In this document: positions 26,408-35,572 of the stretch, one piece after another
How the letters are laid out: the number at the start of each line of letters is the position of its first letter
Position numbering within the stretch: position 1 is the stretch's first letter
NCBI GenBank assembly: GCA_018302545.1
Contig: JAGVZM010000002.1
Span: 2,198-66,197 of the forward strand
Length of the DNA stretch: 64,000 nt
Direction: 5' to 3'
Source of the DNA: Candidatus Woesearchaeota archaeon
Lineage (GTDB): Archaea > Nanobdellota > Nanobdellia > SCGC-AAA011-G17 > GW2011-AR18
Made by a program: the position numbers and the translations under genes
Notes under the pieces: model-generated
Told to the model about the DNA's origin: nothing
The model's input: the letters and a program-made list of their open reading frames with translations, nothing else
Database searches by the model: none

Positions 26408-27738
26408 TTCTTTCTCTTTTGAACGCTCTCAACAAAACCCTCAAATTTATCTTTTTTAGGTTTCATTTTTCTATAAACAATAAATATTATTAACAAAAAG
26501 ATTATCAAAAATATAAACAAAAGAATAAAACCATATCCTCCTTCATCTCCATTTTTAATTGTAGTCTTATTAAATTCAACAAAAGAGTTATTAACAGAAT
26601 TATTAATTTCATTATCAACTTGAACATTAATAGATTTATTAAGAACATTCAAACTAACAGGGATACTAACAAAAGCATTTTCTGCACTTCTAACTTTTAA
26701 GGTACCGTAATAATTTCCAGGTTTTAAATTACTACTATCCTTAAACCCAAAAGAAAATGAAATACTATTATTAGCACTTAAAAAGCTAATCTTAGAGGGT
26801 TCAATCTCAAAAAGATCATCATCAAAACCTTCAGTATAATAACTCAAATTATGCAAATCCACACTGGCATTATTAACAACGACAATTTGTCCTGGAGGAT
26901 AATAATCTCCTATGTTTGTATTTGGCAAACTTATATTTATTAATTTTATACCAGAACCTCTAGTTAAGTAAATTGCATCATTAATTCCAGTCAAATCAAT
27001 ATTTTTTTTAGCCAAGTCATCTGGTTTAACATTAGTATCATTATTATTTTCAGATTTTTCAACATAATTAGTATCAATAATAAAAGGAATGATATAATTA
27101 CCAGAACCATAATCAACAAGAATTCTTCCATTAAATCTAGAAGCCCTCTTATTAAATAAAGAAGTTCTGACTTGAACATTTTTAGATTTATCAGGAGCAA
27201 GATTAAAATTAGATTCATCTAAACTAAAAAAGCCGCCTTCTGCAACTAAAGAGATAGAAACAGAATTATTCATTTTATTACTAAAAACTAAAACAAAAGG
27301 CACTTCATCTCCAGAATTTACAGCCTGATAAAAATATCCAGGCCTTATACTAACACTAGATTTATTAACAATCTTAAGATTAGAAAAAAAATCCTGTCTC
27401 TTCAATATCCCCTTTTCAATATAATTTATATTTTTAAAGCCAATCATATATTCCCCAGAAACAACTTGAGGCAAATCAAAATAAAAAGCATAAAAAGTAT
27501 TGTTAATCTTAACCTTATTTTTAATAATATTCAAAGAATTATTATTCATGTCTAATAATACTATATCAGAAACAGAAAGATCCCTATTTAAAGACAAATT
27601 TGTAAAAACTTCAAATTGAACAGTTTCAAAAGAACCATAGTCATTTTTATAAAGATTAATTTCAAAATCAGAAGCATTAACAAAAGAGATAATTAATAAA
27701 AATGAAACAACAACCAAAAAAAGATTTCTAAAAAACAT
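26401..27738 (-). CDS. hypothetical secreted beta-rich surface protein with C-terminal TM anchor
   Basis: 445 aa; signal peptide MFFRNLFLVVVSFLLIISFVNA; C-terminal TM GFILLFIFLIIFLLIIFIVY plus basic tail; starts 1 nt after the stop of the upstream gene. Confidence 0.6.
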   Translation of the reverse strand: MFFRNLFLVVVSFLLIISFVNASDFEINLYKNDYGSFETVQFEVFTNLSLNRDLSVSDIVLLDMNNNSLNIIKNKVKINNTFYAFYFDLPQVVSGEYMIGFKNINYIEKGILKRQDFFSNLKIVNKSSVSIRPGYFYQAVNSGDEVPFVLVFSNKMNNSVSISLVAEGGFFSLDESNFNLAPDKSKNVQVRTSLFNKRASRFNGRILVDYGSGNYIIPFIIDTNYVEKSENNNDTNVKPDDLAKKNIDLTGINDAIYLTRGSGIKLINISLPNTNIGDYYPPGQIVVVNNASVDLHNLSYYTEGFDDDLFEIEPSKISFLSANNSISFSFGFKDSSNLKPGNYYGTLKVRSAENAFVSIPVSLNVLNKSINVQVDNEINNSVNNSFVEFNKTTIKNGDEGGYGFILLFIFLIIFLLIIFIVYRKMKPKKDKFEGFVESVQKRKNY

Positions 27739-27739
27739 A

Positions 27740-29602
27740 TTAACCTTTAAGTAATTTTTGAGCTTCCTTTAAGGATTTATCTAAATCATCTTCCCCTTTA
27801 ACTCTAGGGCTAGGGCCTAAGGGTCTTAAAGGCCTTGTGGGAGTAAAAGGCTTTGTAGCAGGTTTAACAGGTTGTATAGTTGGTCTTTGAACAGGTTTAA
27901 ATTCTGCTTGTCTCCTAAAGTTTTCAAAATTGGGCCTATCAGATTTTTTCTTAAACAAACTTCCTAAATCTACTTTACCAGTTTTAACATATTTAAAGTA
28001 AAAGAAAGCTCCTCCTCCCCCTAAGATTACCAAGATAATTAACAACCATAACCACCATAAACTACTAGGCTCATCTTCAATAGGAGGTAATGTGGTGTCA
28101 TCTTCATCATCATCCTTAGGAACCTTAAATGGTTCCTCCTCTTTATCATCATCAGAATCTAAACAAGCAACTCTACATCTGCCGCCACAATCAACACCTT
28201 CCTCATCACCATCTTGTCTTCCATTATCGCAAACACATAAAGGATCCTCAACACATGCAGAATCACCACAATCAGTTAAACCATCTCTATCATTATCAAT
28301 ATCATCTCCACAAACCTCAACATCTAAACTAACTCCATCTGAAGGAGTACTGGGTAAAGAAACCCTAGATAATTCAGCACCATGTAAAGCAATTAAAGCC
28401 CAGGAAGTACTCTCTATACTATTCCCCCAATGACCTTCATCTTTATCAACCCTTTTTTGTAAAAAATCAATGCCTTTAGAGACTGCTTCACCTGCTCCTC
28501 CCAAATCAGTTCCAAGTAAACCAAAAATAGAAACACTTGTATCTTTAATACTTCCTCCCCAACTACCATCAACAGCTCTTTGTAATTTAACTAGATCATT
28601 GATAAAAGAAGGCAATACATTAGAAGCTTTAAATCTAATCCTATTCAAAAAACCCAATTTATCTGCTTGATTTCTTTTAGTTAGAGATTGACTCTCTAAA
28701 TAAATGTGTGTTCCTAAATTATCTAAACTTAACTCACTATTACTTCTAACAGAACCAACTTCAAGTAATGCCCAAGTAGCATATAATGTACTTTCATAAT
28801 CACATCTAGAATCTGTTTTAGTTCTACCAAAACAAGCATTAGCAATTTTTAGATTCGTATTAAAACCCGCATCACTCCTTTGAATAAAAAAAGTACTTGC
28901 ACTTGGTTTAAAAACTAAAGTAATAACTGGATCTCCTAAATCTTGATTACAAGATATTCCAATATTTGGCTGAACTTCTGTTCTAACTAAATTTCTACTA
29001 AGTTCATTTAGACTTATATAATACCCGCTTCTTCCACCTGTTGATTTTATTTTATCTCCCTCAATAGTATATGTTTTGGTCCTTGTACCTCCGTAATTAA
29101 CTTCACAAGTACCATTATTCCCTTTAACAACAATCCACCAATCTCCAGTTGGGGGCATAGCAACCCTAGAACTCCTTAACCAGTTTACTTCTTCACTAAC
29201 ATTCCTTCCAGCCAAAGCTAAAGTCAAAGTAGCTAAAGAAGTATCCTTAACATTACAATTACCTGCAGGCCAACAACCATCAGAATCCCTATTGCTTTCA
29301 ATTCTTTCAATCATACCTTGTACATTAATATCACCTTTTTGCATCAAAGCTATAGTTGATAAAGACATTTCATCCACACTTAAAGATGAAGTATTACTAA
29401 CTTTATCATAGAGCCATTTGTAAGATTTATCTTGACTAAATCCTGAAGATTGAACTCTAAACCTAGAACCAGTACTAGAATCTTGATCTGAACTAGAATC
29501 TTCTTCATCAGAAGAAGTATGGTTTTCTGCATAAGCAAAAGACAGACACATTAAAAAAACCAGAATAATGACTAAAGACTTAAAAAACACACCTCTTTCC
29601 AT
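27740..29602 (-). CDS. secreted prenyltransferase/terpene-cyclase-like (alpha/alpha toroid repeat) surface protein with Cys/Asp-rich module, TM anchor and Pro-rich cytoplasmic tail
   Basis: 620 aa; signal peptide; repeats DGCWPAGNCNVKDTSLATLTLALAG, DGSWGGSIKDTSVSIFGLLG, EGHWGNSIESTSWALIALHG; CGDDIDNDRDGLTDCGDSAC...CGGRC; TM WWLWLLIILVILGGGGAFFYF; tail PVQRPTIQPVKPATKPFTPTRPLRPLGPSPR. Confidence 0.65.
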   Translation of the reverse strand: MERGVFFKSLVIILVFLMCLSFAYAENHTSSDEEDSSSDQDSSTGSRFRVQSSGFSQDKSYKWLYDKVSNTSSLSVDEMSLSTIALMQKGDINVQGMIERIESNRDSDGCWPAGNCNVKDTSLATLTLALAGRNVSEEVNWLRSSRVAMPPTGDWWIVVKGNNGTCEVNYGGTRTKTYTIEGDKIKSTGGRSGYYISLNELSRNLVRTEVQPNIGISCNQDLGDPVITLVFKPSASTFFIQRSDAGFNTNLKIANACFGRTKTDSRCDYESTLYATWALLEVGSVRSNSELSLDNLGTHIYLESQSLTKRNQADKLGFLNRIRFKASNVLPSFINDLVKLQRAVDGSWGGSIKDTSVSIFGLLGTDLGGAGEAVSKGIDFLQKRVDKDEGHWGNSIESTSWALIALHGAELSRVSLPSTPSDGVSLDVEVCGDDIDNDRDGLTDCGDSACVEDPLCVCDNGRQDGDEEGVDCGGRCRVACLDSDDDKEEEPFKVPKDDDEDDTTLPPIEDEPSSLWWLWLLIILVILGGGGAFFYFKYVKTGKVDLGSLFKKKSDRPNFENFRRQAEFKPVQRPTIQPVKPATKPFTPTRPLRPLGPSPRVKGEDDLDKSLKEAQKLLKG

Positions 29603-29652
29603 CTTTCATATTCAGCGTAATATATTTATAAAAGTTTCTATAAAGATAAATA

Positions 29653-30156
29653 ATGATGCCTAAAAAATTTATTAAATATAATCCCGAATTATTTGCAAAA
29701 GGAAAGAGAGGTTTGATTTATGTATTTAAAAAAGATAATAAAAAGATAGCAATAAAAATAAAAAATCCAAAATCAGAGGCAAAAGATAGAATTCAAAATG
29801 AAGCAAAGTTTTTAAAAATTTTAAATAAATATAAAATAGGTCCAAAGATAATGACATCTGGTAAAGACTATTTTTGTTATGAGTTTATAGAAGGAAAATT
29901 ATTAAGAGATTATTTAAAAGAAAATAAAAATCCAGAAAAAGTATTAAAACAAATTATGCAACAATGTAAAATTTTAGATAAATTAAAGATAAACAAAAAA
30001 GAGATGCATAAACCTATAAAGAATATAATAATCAAAAAAGATAAAGTAATATTATTAGATTTTGAAAGATGTTATTATGCAAAAAAACCACACAATGTAA
30101 ATCAATTTAAAGAATTTCTAAGAAGATTTAACGAGCATAAGAAGTTTTCCCAGTAG
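29653..30156 (+). CDS. small protein-kinase-like (Bud32/RIO-like) protein, catalytic loop degenerate
   Basis: 167 aa; GKRGLIYVF...IAIKIK (P-loop/VAIK-like), ...HKPIKNIII...LLDFE (HxD/DFG-like positions, HGD lost); 3' end overlaps the convergent gene by 29 nt. Confidence 0.4.
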   Translation: MMPKKFIKYNPELFAKGKRGLIYVFKKDNKKIAIKIKNPKSEAKDRIQNEAKFLKILNKYKIGPKIMTSGKDYFCYEFIEGKLLRDYLKENKNPEKVLKQIMQQCKILDKLKINKKEMHKPIKNIIIKKDKVILLDFERCYYAKKPHNVNQFKEFLRRFNEHKKFSQ

Positions 30157-30979
30157 AACTACTTCTTCTAGGAGGAACGCTACTTGCTCTTCTAAGGGGT
30201 TTTAGAGCAGCCCTCAAATCTCTTTGATAAGCCTCACTAGGAACATAACCAGGAACTACAGGCTCTATAATTCCATATTTTCCAGCTAACATTCTACTAA
30301 GCTCATCTCTTGAAAAGATTCCTAATCTATCATCTGGATCTTGATCACTAAAGCCTTTAATAATTTGTTCTGGATTGTATATCCCTGTTCTTTCAATTAA
30401 ACTAAGTAAAGACAAAATAGACCCTCCCCATTCTGGGTTTCTATTATCATTAACTCTAGGATTTTCTATTAAACCTAAATTCCTTTTAATCATAACCAAA
30501 GGATCTTCAACTGTAAATTCAATTCCAAATAATCCATTAGTTTGAGTTCTAGAATAACGATCTTCATAACTTGCATAAGTATCAAAATGATAACTACCTC
30601 TTGAAGGGTCTTCCTCTATCAAAAAATTTGAGGAAGAAGCTATACCTATAGTTTCCTCCCTTTTAGCAGCAAGACCATAAGAACGATGTAATTGAATTAA
30701 GGAATCTGAAGAACCTAATAAAACAACATGATCATTACCTTTCCAATGAGTTAAAACCTCAGTTCCAAATTTATCAACTAAATGCATCAAAGCACCATAA
30801 GCACCAACAAAAGTAAGATTTGATAAAAGTCCAGAACGAATATAAGCATTCAAATCTAAAGCAGATAAAAAAGTTCTTCTTGGAGCAGAATTATCCAAAG
30901 CATCTTGTAAAGCTAAAAATTCTTCAAGTGTTTTTTCACCACTCTTAAAAACAGCTTCTTCTAAATGCCCCAAAACCAT
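30128..30979 (-). CDS. hypothetical protein (partner of the Fic gene; less AT-rich)
   Basis: 283 aa, no motif I can name; Ser/Arg-rich C-terminal tail LRRASSVPPRRSSSTGKTSYAR; TATA-like TTTATAAAT about 25 nt upstream. Confidence 0.55.
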   Translation of the reverse strand: MVLGHLEEAVFKSGEKTLEEFLALQDALDNSAPRRTFLSALDLNAYIRSGLLSNLTFVGAYGALMHLVDKFGTEVLTHWKGNDHVVLLGSSDSLIQLHRSYGLAAKREETIGIASSSNFLIEEDPSRGSYHFDTYASYEDRYSRTQTNGLFGIEFTVEDPLVMIKRNLGLIENPRVNDNRNPEWGGSILSLLSLIERTGIYNPEQIIKGFSDQDPDDRLGIFSRDELSRMLAGKYGIIEPVVPGYVPSEAYQRDLRAALKPLRRASSVPPRRSSSTGKTSYAR

Positions 30980-31046
30980 TCAAAAATAAAAAAATTAATC
31001 ATTTATAAATTTTTATATTGACAAAAAAATAGATCCAAAAGAAGAA

Positions 31047-32024
31047 TTATTCAGATTTAGAATGAACACTAGTTTTAAAACCATAATCAAGTGCACATTT
31101 AGTAACAATCCCATTAACTTGTTTATAACCTATATCTCCTGTGACATCCAATACTTTATCCTTTCTACCAGAACATTCAATATCTAAAATTCTAACTTTT
31201 ACTCCCTGTCCTCCAATATGATGGCCATAACTTCTAATCCTTTGTGCAGTAGAAATAACAATTGCCCTATCAGGAACATCTACTAAAGTAACAACATATT
31301 TCCTCTGAGCCCTTAGATCCTCTTCTAATCTCCTAGCAGAACCCAAAACCTTTGTAGCTACAAATGTTCTAAACAAATTTTCACCATCACTTGGTTTTTC
31401 AAAAGAACTAGTTTTTGCATATCGATCTTTTAAAGCAATATTCAACAGAGCTATGTAATGTTCTCTATCAGAGGGAACTATAATTCCTGGAGTGTATCCT
31501 GATTTTTTCAAGCAATAACCTTGTACTAATCTAGCAGATCTACCATTACCATCTACAAAAGGATGAACTTGAACAATTTCTAAATGTGCTTCTATCGCTT
31601 TTAAAACAGGATGAGCTTGACTGTGTTCCATCAATTCTACTAAACTTTTCATTCTGCCAGCAATTTGATCATAATCATGTGGAGGATTAAAACTCCCAAA
31701 TTGAACTTCAGTAATTCTAAAATTTCTTGTTTTATTTTTATCTGGTTCTATTAAATAACCTAAAGCAGCTAAAGTCCCTAAACTTAAACCATACATATCT
31801 AAATGACTTGAAGCAGAATCTAAATTTTGGAGGGCTACTCTCTCCCTCTTTCTCAAAGCAGATTTTTTTAGATTTTCTTCCTCTAACTCTAAGGACAATG
31901 AATGTTTGGCTGCCTCAGCAAGCAAAGTGTTAAACTCTCTAGTTCTTAATGAACTAGAATATTCTGGATGAACATTAATTCTCTCTACTACTTCATCTAT
32001 TTTAGCAAGTAACTTTTTCATCAT
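31047..32024 (-). CDS. Fic/DOC family protein (predicted AMPylase) with extra C-terminal domain
   Basis: 325 aa; canonical Fic motif HPFVDGNGRSARL (HxFx[DE]GNGRxxR); about 100-aa C-terminal domain of unknown family. Confidence 0.85.
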   Translation of the reverse strand: MMKKLLAKIDEVVERINVHPEYSSSLRTREFNTLLAEAAKHSLSLELEEENLKKSALRKRERVALQNLDSASSHLDMYGLSLGTLAALGYLIEPDKNKTRNFRITEVQFGSFNPPHDYDQIAGRMKSLVELMEHSQAHPVLKAIEAHLEIVQVHPFVDGNGRSARLVQGYCLKKSGYTPGIIVPSDREHYIALLNIALKDRYAKTSSFEKPSDGENLFRTFVATKVLGSARRLEEDLRAQRKYVVTLVDVPDRAIVISTAQRIRSYGHHIGGQGVKVRILDIECSGRKDKVLDVTGDIGYKQVNGIVTKCALDYGFKTSVHSKSE

Positions 32025-32089
32025 TCAGAAAAAATAATAGTCAATTTATAAATCTTTCTATTAGATTACCACCATTAAATAGTAAAAAA

Positions 32090-33397
32090 TTAATGACGGT
32101 TTGATTTCTTCTTAACATTACTAGAAGCCATTTTAAGCATTTTTAAAGCATAATTAACAGGATTCTTGCATTTACTACAAATACCGTCATCACATTTAAT
32201 GCTCATAGTTTTATAATAACTAGGGTTATCACAATTAGGAGGCAAAACCAATTTCTTCTGCCTTTTAAACCAACTTATCTGAGCCTTAACATAACCTTCT
32301 CTTAAAGGTTCAGCATTTCTTTTATTCCACTCAAGCATAAACTTCTCTATATCTTCTAGATTCCAACCAACATTTTGTAAAAAGTTAACTAAAATAAAAA
32401 TGCCTCTCTTCCTTCCATCTTCCTCTACGCCTTGCATTAATTTTAAAATACAAGGAGGAAAATAATCAACCTTTATTGGAACCTTAGGAGCCTCAAACTT
32501 TCTAGTAATTGTTATTTGTTTCTCTTCAATATAATTAGTTTTTCTAGCCCAATCAAAAGCTTGTATCAACAAATTTTTAGCTTCATCCTTTTCAACATTC
32601 TCTGAATCTAAAAATTTCAATCCAAATTTGACATTATCTATCTTTGCCTGTCTAATGTCAAAATCCTTAATAGTCTTCAAAGGTATACTAACTAACCCAG
32701 ATTTTTCATTTATACTATAAGCACATCTAAACAAATGTCTACTAGATATTAAAACACTATCGATATCTACTAACTTAAAAGGATCCAATTTATTCTCTTT
32801 AATAACATCTTCAACTTTTTTTCCAACACTCTTAGCAGCATCTTCTACTGTATGAGTCTCTAAAATCTTAGCACTTAAATGTTCTTTAATCATATTCTTA
32901 AGATATTCAGAAATAACTCTCACACCATCAGGAAAATAATCTTTTATATTAACATTATTAACATTAGAAGGGAAAGCTTCAAAAGGAATACCAATATGGA
33001 ATCCACGATTACCTGAATATTTTATAGAAAAATTCTTAACATCATTAAACCTTAAAGCATCTTCTAAAAATTCAGCGCACATAATACTAAAGTTTAAATT
33101 TTTACTATCCAAATCCAAGATACAACTCCAACCAATCCTTAAGTTATCTAATTCTTTCTTACTCAAACCACTTTCAAGCATCATAGGATCTTTCCAAATT
33201 TCCTCACTAACATGAAAAGAAGTCATACCTTGTTTAACTAAATCATTAATATCTCCCTGAAAATTAACAATCTCTGGTCTTTTTCCCCTAATATCTCCAA
33301 ACCAAGCCTGAACCTCTCTATTTTGAGATAGTCTCATCAATTCTTTTTGAACTTCGTTTTGAGAATAATACTCTTTTATTTTTTTAAGATCAGACAT
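32090..33397 (-). CDS. priS: archaeo-eukaryotic DNA primase, PriS catalytic domain fused to PriL-CTD-like domain
   Basis: 435 aa; AEP motifs ILDLDSKN (DxD), YSGNRGFHIGIP, SRHLFRCAYSINEKSG; C-terminal FPPCILKLMQG...RGIFILVNFLQNVGW...PPNCDN...C..C..C resembles the PriL Fe-S C-terminal domain. Confidence 0.8.
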   Translation of the reverse strand: MSDLKKIKEYYSQNEVQKELMRLSQNREVQAWFGDIRGKRPEIVNFQGDINDLVKQGMTSFHVSEEIWKDPMMLESGLSKKELDNLRIGWSCILDLDSKNLNFSIMCAEFLEDALRFNDVKNFSIKYSGNRGFHIGIPFEAFPSNVNNVNIKDYFPDGVRVISEYLKNMIKEHLSAKILETHTVEDAAKSVGKKVEDVIKENKLDPFKLVDIDSVLISSRHLFRCAYSINEKSGLVSIPLKTIKDFDIRQAKIDNVKFGLKFLDSENVEKDEAKNLLIQAFDWARKTNYIEEKQITITRKFEAPKVPIKVDYFPPCILKLMQGVEEDGRKRGIFILVNFLQNVGWNLEDIEKFMLEWNKRNAEPLREGYVKAQISWFKRQKKLVLPPNCDNPSYYKTMSIKCDDGICSKCKNPVNYALKMLKMASSNVKKKSNRH

Positions 33398-33465
33398 AAA
33401 ATAAATAGATTTACAATATTTATAAAAACTTCCAAGAAAAAGATATGATATCTACAAAATATATT

Positions 33466-34005
33466 TCATCTTCTATTATAAATACTAACCCCTGCATTAG
33501 TCAATCTAAATTTAACAAAATATTTTCTTAAATCTAAATTTCTAACTACGCATTCAAAGACTCCTAAAGCCCCTTGATGACTAACAATTAAAATAGTTCC
33601 AGAATTATGTTTCTGTAATATGTAACTATAAAATTTCTTAATCCTCTTTTGGACGTCCAACCAATTCTCACCACTAAAAGATTTCTGATGAAATTTATCT
33701 CCTTTCAAATCAGCATGTTCATATTCTTCCTTGCTTTTACCTTCAAAGATACCATATCTTTTTTCTCTTAATAACCTGTTCTTAATAATCTTAACATTAT
33801 GATATTTAGCGATAATTTTAGCAGTATCAAGACATCTTTTCAAATCACTTGTATAAATAATCTCAATTTTATTATTTTTTAAAGATTTAGCAGTCTTCTC
33901 AACTTGATCCTTTCCTTTCTGAGTTAAATGCCCAGGTAACCAACCTTGAATTATATGTTTTCTATTTTCTCTAGTTTGACCATGCCTGACAAAAATTAAT
34001 TTCAT
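33466..34005 (-). CDS. histidine phosphatase (phosphoglycerate mutase-like) family protein
   Basis: 179 aa; MKLIFVRHGQTRENRK (RHG motif) ... IVSHQGAL. Confidence 0.8.
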   Translation of the reverse strand: MKLIFVRHGQTRENRKHIIQGWLPGHLTQKGKDQVEKTAKSLKNNKIEIIYTSDLKRCLDTAKIIAKYHNVKIIKNRLLREKRYGIFEGKSKEEYEHADLKGDKFHQKSFSGENWLDVQKRIKKFYSYILQKHNSGTILIVSHQGALGVFECVVRNLDLRKYFVKFRLTNAGVSIYNRR

Positions 34006-34036
34006 AATAATAAAAAGAAGAGGATTACTTATAAAT

Positions 34037-34441
34037 CTAATTCATACCTTGTATTTCTTTTTGTAATTGCATTAATTTATTTCTAGTATTATTAATCTCA
34101 GTTTTTAATTGAATCATAAAATCACTAACTTCTTGCATTTGGATATTGACTGTCTGTTTAGCTTCATGCAAACTCTTTTCAACACAAAGATTACTACCAA
34201 CATTCATTACAACACTTTGATTATCATTTAAAGAACCTTTCAAAAAAATCCCATTACCTAAGGGAATTAAAGATTCAGTATCTTTTTTAGTATTAGAAAT
34301 AACATCTAAATTCTCATTTAATTTCATAAGATCATTTATGTGTTTTTCTATGTTTTCAGAATTTTGCTCTAATTGTTGTAATTGCTGCATTAACATCTGA
34401 AATTCCATATACTTATGTTGCATTTGATTATTTTCAGACAT
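34037..34441 (-). CDS. pfdA: prefoldin alpha subunit
   Basis: 134 aa; coiled coils flanking ESLIPLGNGIFLKGSLNDNQSVVMNVGSNLCVEKSLHEA (double beta-hairpin of the alpha class). Confidence 0.75.
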   Translation of the reverse strand: MSENNQMQHKYMEFQMLMQQLQQLEQNSENIEKHINDLMKLNENLDVISNTKKDTESLIPLGNGIFLKGSLNDNQSVVMNVGSNLCVEKSLHEAKQTVNIQMQEVSDFMIQLKTEINNTRNKLMQLQKEIQGMN

Positions 34442-34836
34442 TATTCTTTTTTAGAAGAAGTTTTCTTCTTAACTACTTTTTTAATTTTAGACTCTTTTTT
34501 ATTGTCAAGTTTAGATTCCTCAGGCTTATCCAAATGTTTTTGTAAAGATTTTCTAATCTTAACAGGCTTTTGTTTTTTATCTCTAGCCTCTCCTTCCTTA
34601 GGTTCTTTAAAATCGAAACCTGCTTCTTTCAAAGCTTTTCTAACTTCTTCTGTTTTGGCTCCTTTTTTAATCTTAGCTTGGCTACCTAAAAATTCCAAAT
34701 GAATTAAATTACATTTTTTTCTTCTTGTTAATCCATCCACTAAAACAAATTTATCATCAACAACATCAACAACTGCGCACAATTGCCCAGCATCTCTTCC
34801 AGCAATCTTCAAAGCAATTTCCCCAACTTTAACCAT
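34441..34836 (-). CDS. rpl14e: 50S ribosomal protein L14e with K-rich C-terminal tail
   Basis: MVKVGEIALKIAGRDAGQLCAVVDVVDDKFVLVDG...RRKKCNLIHLE (KOW). Confidence 0.85.
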   Translation of the reverse strand: MVKVGEIALKIAGRDAGQLCAVVDVVDDKFVLVDGLTRRKKCNLIHLEFLGSQAKIKKGAKTEEVRKALKEAGFDFKEPKEGEARDKKQKPVKIRKSLQKHLDKPEESKLDNKKESKIKKVVKKKTSSKKE

Positions 34837-35119
34837 CTTGTTTCACCATGCCTTTTGCTTTTTGAACCATAACCTTCCTCATGCAACCACTACAAAGAAC
34901 CCCTCCATAAGGTCTCTCTGGTCTTTTTTGAGTCTTACTTAATTTTTTAATTTGAGCAACTATTCCTCTAGCAACCCCAATTAAATATTTGCCACAATCT
35001 CTACATTGAGGTTTACCTGGTTTTCTTCTCTCATAATGAATGACATTATCCCCAGTAGGAGTTCTTCTATGAACTCTTCTCAAACTTCTTGATCTAAATC
35101 TTGGTTGTACCATTTTCAA
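34829..35119 (-). CDS. rpl34e: 50S ribosomal protein L34e
   Basis: MVQPRFRSRSLRRVHRRTPTG...CRDCGKYL...LCSGC zinc-ribbon pattern. Confidence 0.85.
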   Translation of the reverse strand: MKMVQPRFRSRSLRRVHRRTPTGDNVIHYERRKPGKPQCRDCGKYLIGVARGIVAQIKKLSKTQKRPERPYGGVLCSGCMRKVMVQKAKGMVKQDG

Positions 35120-35571
35120 TGCACCTTCAAAATCTTTCTTAATATTAAACTAAATATAAGGGAAAAGACAATATAATTACCTATTCCCCCCATACCTAAA
35201 AAGACAGTACCAAAAGGTTCATAAATGTTTCTTATCCAAGTAAATATCAATATAAAAGGAATAAGAGTAACTAACATAGGTTTTAAGCTCTGTTTAAATT
35301 GTTGAATTATTAAATCCATTTGCTCTGCTTGTACTTTCTTATTAACTTCCATCATTTTCTTAGGATCATTCTTATGCTTCTTAATTTCATTCTGCATTTC
35401 TTTAGACCTTTCCTTAAAAGATTTCATCAGTTCTTGATCTGTCAAATATTTAAAAGCCAATAAAGAAACTAAAGATAAAATAAAAGAGATTACAATTATC
35501 CCAAATAATGGGCTTATATTTATAGCCCAACCAAACAAAAATCCTAAAATCTGATCTACAAAACTAACCAT
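35116..35571 (-). CDS. DUF106 / EMC3-TMCO1-like membrane protein (archaeal YidC/Oxa1-like insertase)
   Basis: 151 aa; TM, then coiled coil QELMKSFKERSKEMQNEIKKHKNDPKKMMEVNKKVQAEQMDL, then 2 TM; conserved position after secY. Confidence 0.7.
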   Translation of the reverse strand: MVSFVDQILGFLFGWAINISPLFGIIVISFILSLVSLLAFKYLTDQELMKSFKERSKEMQNEIKKHKNDPKKMMEVNKKVQAEQMDLIIQQFKQSLKPMLVTLIPFILIFTWIRNIYEPFGTVFLGMGGIGNYIVFSLIFSLILRKILKVH

Positions 35572-35572
35572 T

